From a virus (lineage: Duplodnaviria > Heunggongvirae > Uroviricota > Caudoviricetes), in the IMG/VR virus record IMGVR_UViG_3300021400_001778, positions 8,923-72,922 of that record: a DNA stretch of 64,000 nucleotides. The stretch is one strand, 5' to 3'. Of this stretch, positions 44,614 to 53,544 are shown piece by piece (the stretch's first letter is position 1; each line of letters opens with the position of its first letter). Below the pieces are notes generated by a model. The model worked only from the letters and a program-made list of their open reading frames with translations. It had not been told where the DNA came from and did no database searches. A program made the position numbers and the translations under genes.

Positions 44614-45123
44614 TTAAAATTTATCTAACCCAGACTTATCTTTAAATTCCTTTATAAATGTACTTAAACTTCCACATAATACATCAGTGTTTTTATATAG
44701 ATGTACAAATTTATCAATATGTTCCTCGCCTTTCCAAAATCCATTACAAGTCCAATATTCAACAATTTTATCACCGCCGAATTCTTCAATACCGATAATA
44801 ATAACTTTGTAACCATCCTCATTCATCCAAATTTCGCCAACTTTAGGAGCGTTTTTATATTCCTTATATTTATTTACCAACTCTTCTGGCGACATATTTA
44901 AAACTTCTCTTAGAGAATAAGTTCCCCAAATGTTCTTACTTTCCTGATACAGAAGGTCACTGTATACATGCAAAGTATCAACATAATCTTGTACTTCTTT
45001 TATTTCAAATGGCGATTTGAGCAATTCATTTGCACAATTAAACTCACTACCTACTGCGGAAACCAATGATGAACTTGTACCCTCTTTGATAACATTCACT
45101 GGTAAATATTTAATTTCGTTCAT
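44614..45123 (-). CDS. PKVGEIW-motif protein (paralog trio member)
   Basis: KNAPKVGEIWMNEDGYKVIIIGIEEFGG. Confidence 0.4.
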   Translation of the reverse strand: MNEIKYLPVNVIKEGTSSSLVSAVGSEFNCANELLKSPFEIKEVQDYVDTLHVYSDLLYQESKNIWGTYSLREVLNMSPEELVNKYKEYKNAPKVGEIWMNEDGYKVIIIGIEEFGGDKIVEYWTCNGFWKGEEHIDKFVHLYKNTDVLCGSLSTFIKEFKDKSGLDKF

Positions 45124-45139
45124 TTGATAATCTCCTTAT

Positions 45140-45667
45140 TTAGTAATAATAATTTGTTTGTTCAAATGTAAAATAACCCCAACCGCCAATCGTCATACAA
45201 ATATTATTTTTACAAGGTAAACGCCATACATTTTTAAAAGTTTTACCGCCGCAAGTACCAGACGCTTTCCACGTAAATTTGAATAATTGCGTATCTTTTA
45301 TAACTTCCATTCCGTATTTATCTGTTTTTGGTTCGGCAAGTTTGAAACAGCTTTTTGTATATGTAATGTAACGCTGAGTATAACTACCGTTATTAAATTC
45401 GCGAAAACCATAATATCCCGCATGACCAGTAGGGATAATTGTGAATATCTGGCTACTTTTATTAGCAACTGGTTTAGCCCACGATAATGTCCCATTTGAT
45501 TTTGCTTCGAGTACCCAATTATATACTGGATGATGTATAATTATTGTCGGGGAATAACCTTCGTATTCGAATTTCTTTTCAATATATTTGCTTTCCGCGT
45601 TAACTGGAATTGCTGATAATGCCAAAATTGAAATAAAAATAATTACTGTTTTAATAAAATTTTTCAT
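45140..45667 (-). CDS. Secreted protein (signal peptide), 175 aa
   Basis: N-terminus MKNFIKTVIIFISILALSAIPVNAES. Confidence 0.4.
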   Translation of the reverse strand: MKNFIKTVIIFISILALSAIPVNAESKYIEKKFEYEGYSPTIIIHHPVYNWVLEAKSNGTLSWAKPVANKSSQIFTIIPTGHAGYYGFREFNNGSYTQRYITYTKSCFKLAEPKTDKYGMEVIKDTQLFKFTWKASGTCGGKTFKNVWRLPCKNNICMTIGGWGYFTFEQTNYYY

Positions 45668-45679
45668 CTACTTTTCTCC

Positions 45680-46189
45680 TTAATTTTTTGTTATATTTAC
45701 AAGTTCTGAAATATTTATATTTTTGCCAAGGAACTGAAATTTGTCGTAAAAATCGTTTTCCTCGATGTTTGATATATAACCCTTACCAATGAAACGAACA
45801 GTGTGTTCTCCTAAATTTTCATCGTAACAATAATCAATAACAACGACATTTGCACCAGAAAGTCTTGATACATATACATCGCCCTGTTTCGGAATACGAC
45901 TATTCATTTTTTCTACGCGGTAAATAATATCTTTCGATGTAAAATAATTAAGTATATCAATAATTAAAAAGTATCCGTTGAAATGTCTTCTTATAATATC
46001 TATCCAATCTTTATTTGTTTCTTTAATATGTACAATACAGTCAAGAGCCTGATGTAACTTTATCGCGCCCGCCATTTCAGCACCTTCTAATGATATTAAA
46101 TCATCAATATCGTATGATTTTGGAACAATAATTTCGCGGACATCGCCTTCTTTCTTTACAATAACTTTAAGGTACATTTCCTTTTCCAT
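45680..46189 (-). CDS. Hypothetical protein (169 aa)
   Basis: ORF only. Confidence 0.3.
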   Translation of the reverse strand: MEKEMYLKVIVKKEGDVREIIVPKSYDIDDLISLEGAEMAGAIKLHQALDCIVHIKETNKDWIDIIRRHFNGYFLIIDILNYFTSKDIIYRVEKMNSRIPKQGDVYVSRLSGANVVVIDYCYDENLGEHTVRFIGKGYISNIEENDFYDKFQFLGKNINISELVNITKN

Positions 46190-46551
46190 TACTTATTTTC
46201 TCCTTGCTCAATAATTTCGTACACTCTTCCGCGATACCAGAACGGCATTGTTTTTGGTTCGCCGTTCTTATCTAATGGAATAAGCATTTTCTTTTTGCCT
46301 AAATCTGCACTCCTATATTTAACATTCGATAGTTCGAACATTTCGATTAATGACAAGAATAATTCCGCATCATTAAAGTCATGCGCGTAAACCACATAAG
46401 TTTTATTGTTTTCAAGTTTTACTCCATACGGCTGAACTGTTAGCGCACCTTCCAGAATCCATTTATATTCTAAATCTTTTCGCCGCTTATACTTATTTTC
46501 CATTCGTACCTTCCTTTTCTTTGATTGTAAATTGCAAATCATATTTTTCAT
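46189..46551 (-). CDS. Hypothetical protein (120 aa)
   Basis: ORF whose stop is coupled to the downstream gene start. Confidence 0.3.
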   Translation of the reverse strand: MKNMICNLQSKKRKVRMENKYKRRKDLEYKWILEGALTVQPYGVKLENNKTYVVYAHDFNDAELFLSLIEMFELSNVKYRSADLGKKKMLIPLDKNGEPKTMPFWYRGRVYEIIEQGENK

Positions 46552-46771
46552 AATCTGAAACGCCTAAAACGCGAAGTAATTTAACACCGTTAATTTCATG
46601 TATATAGTGTTCGACCCCGCGCCACACATCAAACTTATAGCGTTCATCTTTTTGCATTGCCTCCTCTTTCGAAGAAGCAATAACAAAAATTTCTCTCAAA
46701 CCGAGCAAATCATCATATGTTCTCAAGCAATATAATTTCATTTTTATCCTTTCTATCGCCAGAAGAAACAT
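46493..46771 (-). CDS. Hypothetical protein (92 aa)
   Basis: ORF only. Confidence 0.3.
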   Translation of the reverse strand: MFLLAIERIKMKLYCLRTYDDLLGLREIFVIASSKEEAMQKDERYKFDVWRGVEHYIHEINGVKLLRVLGVSDYEKYDLQFTIKEKEGTNGK

Positions 46772-46813
46772 TCAATAACTACTCTATCATTTTACACTAC
46801 TTACATTCTCCTG

Positions 46814-47617
46814 TCAAGGATTATATTTCAACATATTTGACTCCATAACCTTATTATATTGTGCTTTGCCAACTTCAAAACCATAGCTGTGACGACCTAA
46901 TTCAAGCGCGGCGCGAAGTGTAGACCCGCTACCCGCAACTGGGTCAATAACAACATCACCTTCATCAGTAAAAGTTTTAATCAGCGTTTTAAGCAAACTC
47001 ACTGGCTTTTGCGTTGGGTGTAGTTTCGGGATACTCTTATCGTCCTTTGTATATTCAAACCAGTTAAACACCATTCTGCCATGTTCTACACCATTCTTGT
47101 CAATCCATTTTTCGTTGCGGAACTTCGGCAGATATCCGCGATAAAGTAACATGCCGTACTCTGTCGCGCCAACAACTCTCATGTTCGCTTTGAGTGCTTG
47201 CGGAGAATAATTCTTAATAAATACAAGTGGAATACAATTCACGAAACCATGCTTCTGCGCGTATTTCAGAACTGTAAACTGCTGAGTCCATGAGCAAAAT
47301 ACAAGCATACACGGAGCATCCGAACTTCTTCCTCTCTCGCCGCCCTTGTTTGGCTCTTTCTTCAACAGTCTATTGCAGAAATGAAAGTATTCCGCAATAT
47401 TAAAATTAAAGTCCGTGTTAAAAGCCGCCTTACCCGCGAGTTTACTTTCACCATTCTTGTTATCGCCTCCGATGTACCAGTTCGGATTACTACCATAGAA
47501 ATTTGTGCCAATATTAAAAGGGATGTCCGCAATCACCATCTGTGCTTTTGGAATCCCATATCTCTTGTAGTTCTGAAAATTGTCGTTATATAATTCACAT
47601 TTAATTTCTTTCGCCAT
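46814..47617 (-). CDS. DNA methyltransferase (N6-adenine / N4-cytosine, beta-class) 1
   Basis: C-terminal SAM motif VVIDPVAGSGSTLRAALELGR; N-terminal ADIPFN in the position of the DPPY motif. Confidence 0.6.
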   Translation of the reverse strand: MAKEIKCELYNDNFQNYKRYGIPKAQMVIADIPFNIGTNFYGSNPNWYIGGDNKNGESKLAGKAAFNTDFNFNIAEYFHFCNRLLKKEPNKGGERGRSSDAPCMLVFCSWTQQFTVLKYAQKHGFVNCIPLVFIKNYSPQALKANMRVVGATEYGMLLYRGYLPKFRNEKWIDKNGVEHGRMVFNWFEYTKDDKSIPKLHPTQKPVSLLKTLIKTFTDEGDVVIDPVAGSGSTLRAALELGRHSYGFEVGKAQYNKVMESNMLKYNP

Positions 47618-48279
47618 TATACCACCTGTTTATTAAAATCGTTAAGTCGTTTTGTTGCTATGTCGTAATACTTTTTTTGGATTTCTACGCCAATATATTT
47701 TCTGTTTTCTTCCGCCGCAACGAGACAATGTGTACCACTACCACAACAAGGGTCAAAAACAATATCGCCAACATTACTATTATCAAGAATTAACTCGCGT
47801 ATTAAGTCGTGATTCTTTTCTGTCGGATGTAGTTTACTTCTGCCGTTCGGGAATTTGAAAACTGTATTTTTACATCTTGCGTTAAAGACTCCGCCGCGCT
47901 TCTTGTACCATACGGCATTTTCGATACCAGAAAGATACACATACTCGCCGTTCATTGGCGAAGGATTAGATTTTTGCCATATCAACTGTCTGGTAGTTCC
48001 TTGCTTTGCCGCGAAAAATTTATATATTTGTGATAGCTGTTCTTTTGCGCAAAAAATAATTACAGTGCCAGTAGTAATTTCATACACAAGATTAAGAAAT
48101 TCATCTAATTCGAAATTAATATTATCGGCATCGCCTTTATCAATCACGCGCAATCCATTACTTTTCTTGTTTACTACCCCGAAGGGGATATCTGTAAGCG
48201 TAATGTTTACAGTACCCCCCCCGTTCTTATACTGCTTCATAAAATTAATACAGTCGGCATTAATAATTTTGTTAATCAA
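47617..48279 (-). CDS. DNA methyltransferase (N6/N4, beta-class) 2, in tandem with the previous gene
   Basis: IVFDPCCGSGTHCLVAAEENRKYIGVEI and N-terminal TLTDIPFGV. Confidence 0.6.
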   Translation of the reverse strand: MINKIINADCINFMKQYKNGGGTVNITLTDIPFGVVNKKSNGLRVIDKGDADNINFELDEFLNLVYEITTGTVIIFCAKEQLSQIYKFFAAKQGTTRQLIWQKSNPSPMNGEYVYLSGIENAVWYKKRGGVFNARCKNTVFKFPNGRSKLHPTEKNHDLIRELILDNSNVGDIVFDPCCGSGTHCLVAAEENRKYIGVEIQKKYYDIATKRLNDFNKQVV

Positions 48280-48664
48280 CTTCGCCTAACTCCTGCAATT
48301 TCTTCAAAAGTTCCTCTTCGGAAAGATTCTCAAGTGCTTCCTCTCTCTTCTTTGCGAGAACATCAAGCAACTTCTGTCTATCACGACTTCTTTCAGCCGC
48401 CGCCTTGCGACTCTTGATAATAGAGTCTTTATAGTTGTAAATACTCGACACAATATCAATCTTCTCGTCAAGTTCTACATCGCCAACTTCTCGCGGTGAA
48501 AGCAAACTCTTCTTAGGTTTAGCGTCTTTCTGCTCGCAAAGCGTTCCGTAAATCTTATCGAGAGTTTTTAAATCAACATCGAAAAGCTGTTCAACTGTAA
48601 GAAAGCCGCGCTCTGACGGGAATCTGTATTTGTTTTTTACTGCATTAAAGAATAAATCTGCCAT
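48272..48664 (-). CDS. Hypothetical protein (130 aa, charged or coiled-coil)
   Basis: ORF only. Confidence 0.3.
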   Translation of the reverse strand: MADLFFNAVKNKYRFPSERGFLTVEQLFDVDLKTLDKIYGTLCEQKDAKPKKSLLSPREVGDVELDEKIDIVSSIYNYKDSIIKSRKAAAERSRDRQKLLDVLAKKREEALENLSEEELLKKLQELGEVD

Positions 48665-48683
48665 TACTTATAATCTCCTTTCG

Positions 48684-50732
48684 TCAAAACTTCACATTAT
48701 ATACTCTATATCCGTTGTTATTTTTAACTCTAATAACAACATTATTTCTTTGCGTTTCTGAGAAACCTACACCAGAAAGCTGATTGTCGCTTTCGGCAAC
48801 TTTCGCTCTATTGCCGAGTGCTTCAAAAACTCTCTTATGATTAGTTACTAAATCCGCGCTAAGATACTCGTTATACCAACCGTTAGGAGTATCAGGATTT
48901 TTGCAACCATCAAGCATAAAGAAATAATGTTTATTACCTATTGCGTTATCATCCCAATAATTAGGACTTAACATGACGGTAGTAACTGGAATGAATGTAT
49001 TGGTTTTAATTCCCCAAATATCGCCAGAAGAAAAATGTGTGTCAACTGGTTCAATGAAATGTTTGATATTTGTAATATTCCCTTTACCATCGCATGTGAC
49101 TTCTGCGACATTAATATGTCTTTCTCCGCGAACAGACCCGTAGTTGTAGTTGTACACCTCGCCATTTATTTCAATTTCTGCTTTAAATCCGCCGATGCCA
49201 CCTCTATAAGAATATACATCTACAAAGAATGAGTATGTACCCTTTTTCATAGTCTTCGCGTCTTTGTACACAATGTTTTCAACTGCGGGAATTCCATTGT
49301 CGGGAGTAATAATATCGACATCGAGTTTGCCGCCGTTCGGTGACTTTCTCTCTCTGTTGCCGAAATATATTTCATAATTTGGTTCTTTGCAATGCGCATC
49401 AAGGTCATTCCCGTCATATCTCTCGCCGTCATTCCACTGGATACTAAAACGCACATCGCCTTCCGTATCGCCGCCCGCTTTCTTTACATTCTGCTTAATA
49501 TCGGAATCGGCTATATTCCCGTTGTACGCCCATGAAAATGCGTTACCCCATTTAAACATTGTCGGCGCGTCACCATTAATCGGCGCGATAAGTGACATAA
49601 GGTTTTTGCCGTGTCTTCCTTCCATCAATACTTCGACAGAACTTGAATTTGGCAATATATTGTCAACAAATTCCTTAATTGAAATATCAGTTGCTCTAAT
49701 TTTTTTAGGATTAACAACCGCTTCCTTTTCCAGTTCCCCAAATAAGTCAACTGTGCAAGTGTTTGTAGAGGCATCCATGTTTGTAAATAAAACATTATTA
49801 ACATTGATATCGTCAAGAGTTGCGAAACGGCGACCGAGTGATTCAGTATAGCCGAGTTTTTCTACAGTCTTTTTGGCATCTTCTAACATTTTCTTTGTGA
49901 AAATTGCTTTCGGACGCTTATAATTATACGGAGCAACAATTTCTTCATACTTTCTAACCGCCGTTTCAATGTCTACTCCGTTATTAATATCTTTAAGAAG
50001 TGTTCCAATAGAACTATTTCTTAAATGGCGCAGAATTGAAATATCAAAATTTTCCCATGCGAAAAGCATCTTGTCATATTCAATCTTATCGAACTTAACC
50101 TTTGTTTTTCTAAGCGTTTCAAGCGCAAGTTTATGTTCATTGCCACGATAAAGCGAATCATCTGAAATAAGTTCAAGTATTACATCAATAGATTCTAAAG
50201 AGAATTCGGTTAATGTTTTATACATGTTATCTGCGGCATCTCTGCAATTTGCGCGTTTTGTTTCAAGTAAATCCTTCTGATAGATATAAGCGGCGGGAAT
50301 ATCTGCATAAAAATGCTTCCATACAAATACTTTGCCACTCTCGTCAAGTTCTTTATTAGATTCTACGCCTACTCTACTCTGGCGATACATATAAACATTA
50401 TTGATTACAGCGTGGCTATATACATATTCAGCAAGTTTATCAGCAACAACTTGATACACATCATTATCGCCAACTTTGAAATCCCAAATTGACTTAAATT
50501 TGCCGTCTTTAAGGGCAACAACAAGACCAATGTCTTTTATAAATCTGCGGCATTCTGAACAATCATGTTCCGTTCTCGTTCTGAAAATCTCGTTACTGCC
50601 TGACGGATAACTGTCAAGATAATACTGATAAAACTCGTCTTTATCAGCGTCAATTTCATAAAGATGCGGATAATCCTTGAACATTTTATCAATATTGTTT
50701 TTTAATTTTTCTCTAAACTCCAAAAAATTCAT
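48684..50732 (-). CDS. Large hypothetical protein (682 aa)
   Basis: Long ORF with no recognisable motif. Confidence 0.4.
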   Translation of the reverse strand: MNFLEFREKLKNNIDKMFKDYPHLYEIDADKDEFYQYYLDSYPSGSNEIFRTRTEHDCSECRRFIKDIGLVVALKDGKFKSIWDFKVGDNDVYQVVADKLAEYVYSHAVINNVYMYRQSRVGVESNKELDESGKVFVWKHFYADIPAAYIYQKDLLETKRANCRDAADNMYKTLTEFSLESIDVILELISDDSLYRGNEHKLALETLRKTKVKFDKIEYDKMLFAWENFDISILRHLRNSSIGTLLKDINNGVDIETAVRKYEEIVAPYNYKRPKAIFTKKMLEDAKKTVEKLGYTESLGRRFATLDDINVNNVLFTNMDASTNTCTVDLFGELEKEAVVNPKKIRATDISIKEFVDNILPNSSSVEVLMEGRHGKNLMSLIAPINGDAPTMFKWGNAFSWAYNGNIADSDIKQNVKKAGGDTEGDVRFSIQWNDGERYDGNDLDAHCKEPNYEIYFGNRERKSPNGGKLDVDIITPDNGIPAVENIVYKDAKTMKKGTYSFFVDVYSYRGGIGGFKAEIEINGEVYNYNYGSVRGERHINVAEVTCDGKGNITNIKHFIEPVDTHFSSGDIWGIKTNTFIPVTTVMLSPNYWDDNAIGNKHYFFMLDGCKNPDTPNGWYNEYLSADLVTNHKRVFEALGNRAKVAESDNQLSGVGFSETQRNNVVIRVKNNNGYRVYNVKF

Positions 50733-50756
50733 ATTTTAACTCCTTTGTAGTGCCAC

Positions 50757-51002
50757 TTAGTTTCTCTTTACTTCATACTTTTCGCGCATTTCATCAATGA
50801 ATCTATTAAGTTCATTGGGATTATGACTTGTCATTTCTACTTCAAGAGTATGACCCGCCGCGTAAGCATATACCCCCATCGCGCTTTTTGCGTCAACAAT
50901 ATAATGATTATCAACAATCAGGTCAATTGGCGAATCATAACCGTTGCATGTTTTTACAAATTCCTCTGCCCTTGTGATACTGTCGTTAAATGTAATTTTC
51001 AT
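50757..51002 (-). CDS. HPr-like (phosphocarrier-fold) small protein; start taken at MKITFND (AGGAGG ribosome-binding site at 51012-51017)
   Basis: ...DLIVDNHYIVDAKSAMGVYAYAAGHTLEVEM resembles the HPr core VNLKSIMGVMSLGVAKGAEITI. Confidence 0.4.
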   Translation of the reverse strand: MKITFNDSITRAEEFVKTCNGYDSPIDLIVDNHYIVDAKSAMGVYAYAAGHTLEVEMTSHNPNELNRFIDEMREKYEVKRN

Positions 51003-51104
51003 TTTAAATATTCCTCCTTTTAATTTTATATAAATTAAGCCACTACTCAATAAAGGATTATGCATAACCAATTCTTATATAAGATTATTATGAATAAATT
51101 ATTA

Positions 51105-51165
51105 CGTTGCCGCCAAGCTAATTGCTACTAAGCTAATTGCTATTAAGCTAATTGCCACCAAGCTA
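51105..51165. repeat. Tandem array of about four 15-bp repeats (consensus AAGCTAATTGCYAYY) in a 440-bp AT-rich intergenic region
   Basis: ccaagctaattgctactaagctaattgctattaagctaattgccaccaagctaacaat. Confidence 0.6.
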
Positions 51166-51513
51166 ACAATAATATTTATTCTAATCTTTTATAAATTAAA
51201 AGAATAATGTCGTTTATTGTATTTATGTTTTTAATGTTAATCGTATTATCGTAATATAGACTTTGCCGTTTACGGATTGAAGAATCTGCATACTGGATAA
51301 CGGTTATCAATTCTTGTGCAATATATTCTCTTGTTATATAAGCCTATGTAAAATAAATTAAAGTATGATTTTATCACTTATTTCTACAGCTTTTGAAATA
51401 GGTTTTCATACTGCCATTTTAGAGTATGGCTACTCCGCAATATCATATTTCATTTGCGATGAAACGGTTAAAACATAATCCTTAATTGAATAGTGGCTTT
51501 AAACACCACTTAA

Positions 51514-52176
51514 TTATTCATTATTTTCTTCGATGGAATTAACGTATCTCTCATATGCCTCTTCGAAACTCTCGCCAATCTCAAATATCGTTTCGAAATC
51601 AACAGTGTTTGGCATAACGGCAATTTCATCAATCTTTTCAGATACGGCGTTGCATTTTGCGCGAATTGATGCGGCTAAAGATTTTGTATAATTTCTATTA
51701 AAGTCAATAGTTGAAACTTCTTTAGTATCATATACATATTCTACCTGTTCGCCATCATTATTAAATTTTCTTCCGTATGCTGATGACTGCTTTTCCTTAC
51801 TCTTAAAAGTATTTACATAGCAGAGAACCGAAAGAAGTTCTCTATTAATGATATTTTGCGAAGTTAAAGCATCATAATCTTTTATATAAGTTTTGGTTTT
51901 TGCGTTTACGATTGCGTCGTCCAAACGTGTTATTGTATCTCTAATAAAAACTGTAAACGAAATTAAACCGTTCGGACTAATATAGCTATACGAACTTCTA
52001 ATTATGCTATCGTTTTCTTCCACTTTATCTTCTTCTTCTTTGTTTACTCGATTAATATAGTGGTAAACTTTCGTTTTTGTCATAAACGACTCGTTTCGTA
52101 ATAAACTAACAGCATTGTTAAAAAGCTCTTTGAGATAATTTTTATACTCAAAACTTTTCTTTAAAGAGCATCCCAT
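51514..52176 (-). CDS. Hypothetical protein (220 aa)
   Basis: ORF only. Confidence 0.35.
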   Translation of the reverse strand: MGCSLKKSFEYKNYLKELFNNAVSLLRNESFMTKTKVYHYINRVNKEEEDKVEENDSIIRSSYSYISPNGLISFTVFIRDTITRLDDAIVNAKTKTYIKDYDALTSQNIINRELLSVLCYVNTFKSKEKQSSAYGRKFNNDGEQVEYVYDTKEVSTIDFNRNYTKSLAASIRAKCNAVSEKIDEIAVMPNTVDFETIFEIGESFEEAYERYVNSIEENNE

Positions 52177-52326
52177 TTCTTATAATCTCCTTTCATTTTT
52201 ACTATTCGCGCAGTCAAACAATCCCTAAAATCCTATCATTCAACTGCGCTTTGCATTTACAGATTGGTTATTTTGCCTACTTAGACCTTTCACGGATTCG
52301 CACCGCACCTCTTCTCACCAGACCTC

Positions 52327-52354
52327 AACCACCGAGCGGGAATCGAACCCGCCT
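52327..52354 (-). other. Orphan tRNA 3'-half-like fragment (T-arm plus acceptor 3' strand) without a matching 5' half
   Basis: Reverse complement reads GCGGGTTCGATTCCCGCTCGGTGG; no complementary acceptor strand can be found within tRNA distance. Confidence 0.3.
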
Positions 52355-52358
52355 TAAT

Positions 52359-52430
52359 TGTGAGTTCGGGACTCGAACCCGAAACCTACCGCTTATAAGG
52401 CGGGTGCGCTCACCAGTTGCGCTAACTCAC
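52359..52430 (-). tRNA. tRNA, anticodon read as UAU (Ile); possibly a different identity if the anticodon stem is mis-drawn
   Basis: Reverse complement GTGAGTTAGCGCAACTGGTGAGCGCACCCGCCTTATAAGCGGTAGGTTTCGGGTTCGAGTCCCGAACTCACA; 7-bp acceptor, TCGGG/CCCGA T-stem, GTTCGAG T-loop; anticodon loop CTTATAA. Confidence 0.45.
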
Positions 52431-52439
52431 ATTATTTAA

Positions 52440-52512
52440 CAGGGGTAGTTGGATTCGAACCAACGAAATGCAGCAGTCAAAGTGCTGTGCCTTACCTCTT
52501 GGCGATACCCCT
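52440..52512 (-). tRNA. tRNA-Gln (anticodon UUG)
   Basis: Reverse complement AGGGGTATCGCCAAGAGGTAAGGCACAGCACTTTGACTGCTGCATTTCGTTGGTTCGAATCCAACTACCCCTG closely resembles E. coli tRNA-Gln (3-bp D-stem; anticodon loop CTTTGAC). Confidence 0.7.
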
Positions 52513-52627
52513 ATTTTTATTATACTGTGCCTTTCGCAATAAAGGATTTCGCGACGCGTCACTACTTTCCACACTTCCGTAAAAGCTGTCTTTCACCGTC
52601 AATCCGCAAATTTCGGAGGGCATTTAT

Positions 52628-53446
52628 TTATTCTTCTACCAATTTAATAAATTTTGCTGTACCTCTATTTAAATCTTCGAGAGAATTAAATTTACTTACG
52701 CCACCCGTCGGTCGTACATCTCCATCATCATCTATAAGTTTACCATCGGAAATTTCATAAACCTTTCCAAGTGTGTATCCTTCGTACTCTTTTGTACAAA
52801 CAACTTTCATATTAAACTTTTTATTGTAAATTTCATCCTTTGATTCAGTGTATAAATCGAAGCAACTACAATCTACCCACCAGTAGTCGCTATTATTACC
52901 TTCTTTATGCACCTTCATTCGGAATTTAAGTTCTGGTGTCATTCTAATATTTATTTCTGAAACAACACCAATCCAACCTTTATTTGTCAAAGCGTAATGG
53001 TTCTTGTCATTACCTATAACTTTATCACCAACAGTAAATCCTAAAATAAGGCGACTGAAAGCGAGAATTGCACCAGTTTTAAAATCATACTTATCCTTCG
53101 GATTGCACTTTGCTGTACACTTTTCTTTGGTGTTTTTGTTAAGAGCGGTGACAACGCTCCCATTATTGTAAATCACAATAGATTCCTTAGATGGCAATTC
53201 TTTTTCAACCTTCTCTAAGCCGCGTTCATCCCAAATATACGGTGGGATATCAGATAATATATAATAAATCATACCATCTTTATTTGATGATACTGATTCA
53301 ATAGTATGTTCTTCGCCAATATACTCATTCATTCCCTCTTCACCAACCGACCAATTACCAGTGTAATTTTCGATTTTTGAGCCATCCATGATTCTTACTT
53401 TATCGCCAACTTTGAACTTACCAGTAATTTTTTCTTCTTTCATTTC
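52628..53446 (-). CDS. Hypothetical protein (start taken at MKEEKITGKF; the longer ORF would overlap a tRNA-like gene)
   Basis: ORF lying between tRNA genes. Confidence 0.4.
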   Translation of the reverse strand, partial: EMKEEKITGKFKVGDKVRIMDGSKIENYTGNWSVGEEGMNEYIGEEHTIESVSSNKDGMIYYILSDIPPYIWDERGLEKVEKELPSKESIVIYNNGSVVTALNKNTKEKCTAKCNPKDKYDFKTGAILAFSRLILGFTVGDKVIGNDKNHYALTNKGWIGVVSEINIRMTPELKFRMKVHKEGNNSDYWWVDCSCFDLYTESKDEIYNKKFNMKVVCTKEYEGYTLGKVYEISDGKLIDDDGDVRPTGGVSKFNSLEDLNRGTAKFIKLVEE

Positions 53447-53474
53447 AAAAACCCTTTCTTTTTTATTTTTAATA

Positions 53475-53543
53475 TTGGAGTGGCGGGATTCGAACCCGCA
53501 CTCCGTTGTACAAACGTACTCTTCCACTAAGCTACACTCCGAA
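53475..53543 (-). tRNA. tRNA-like gene of atypical length (~68 nt) with canonical D- and T-arms and a C1:A72 mismatch; anticodon uncertain (GUA, Tyr-like, if a 3-bp anticodon stem is assumed)
   Basis: Reverse complement CGGAGTGTAGCTTAGTGGAAGAGTACGTTTGTACAACGGAGTGCGGGTTCGAATCCCGCCACTCCAA; T-arm GCGGG-TTCGAAT-CCCGC. Confidence 0.35.
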
Positions 53544-53544
53544 C

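Noticed and set aside
52327-52354. A full tRNA at the T-arm motif gcgggaatcgaacccgc
   Set aside because: No complementary 5' acceptor strand lies within 100 nt on either side, and it sits only 5 nt from the tRNA-Ile 3' end; treated as a fragment.
52251-52760. ORFs 52251-52439(+) and 52449-52760(+)
   Set aside because: They run through the tRNA-Ile/Gln genes and their flanks; translations are low-complexity; this is a tRNA locus.
53447-53527. N-terminal extension (MEEYVCTTECGFESRHSNIKNKKERVFE) of ORF 52628-53527
   Set aside because: The extension is encoded by the tRNA-like sequence at 53475-53543; the internal Met at 53446 is the more plausible start.
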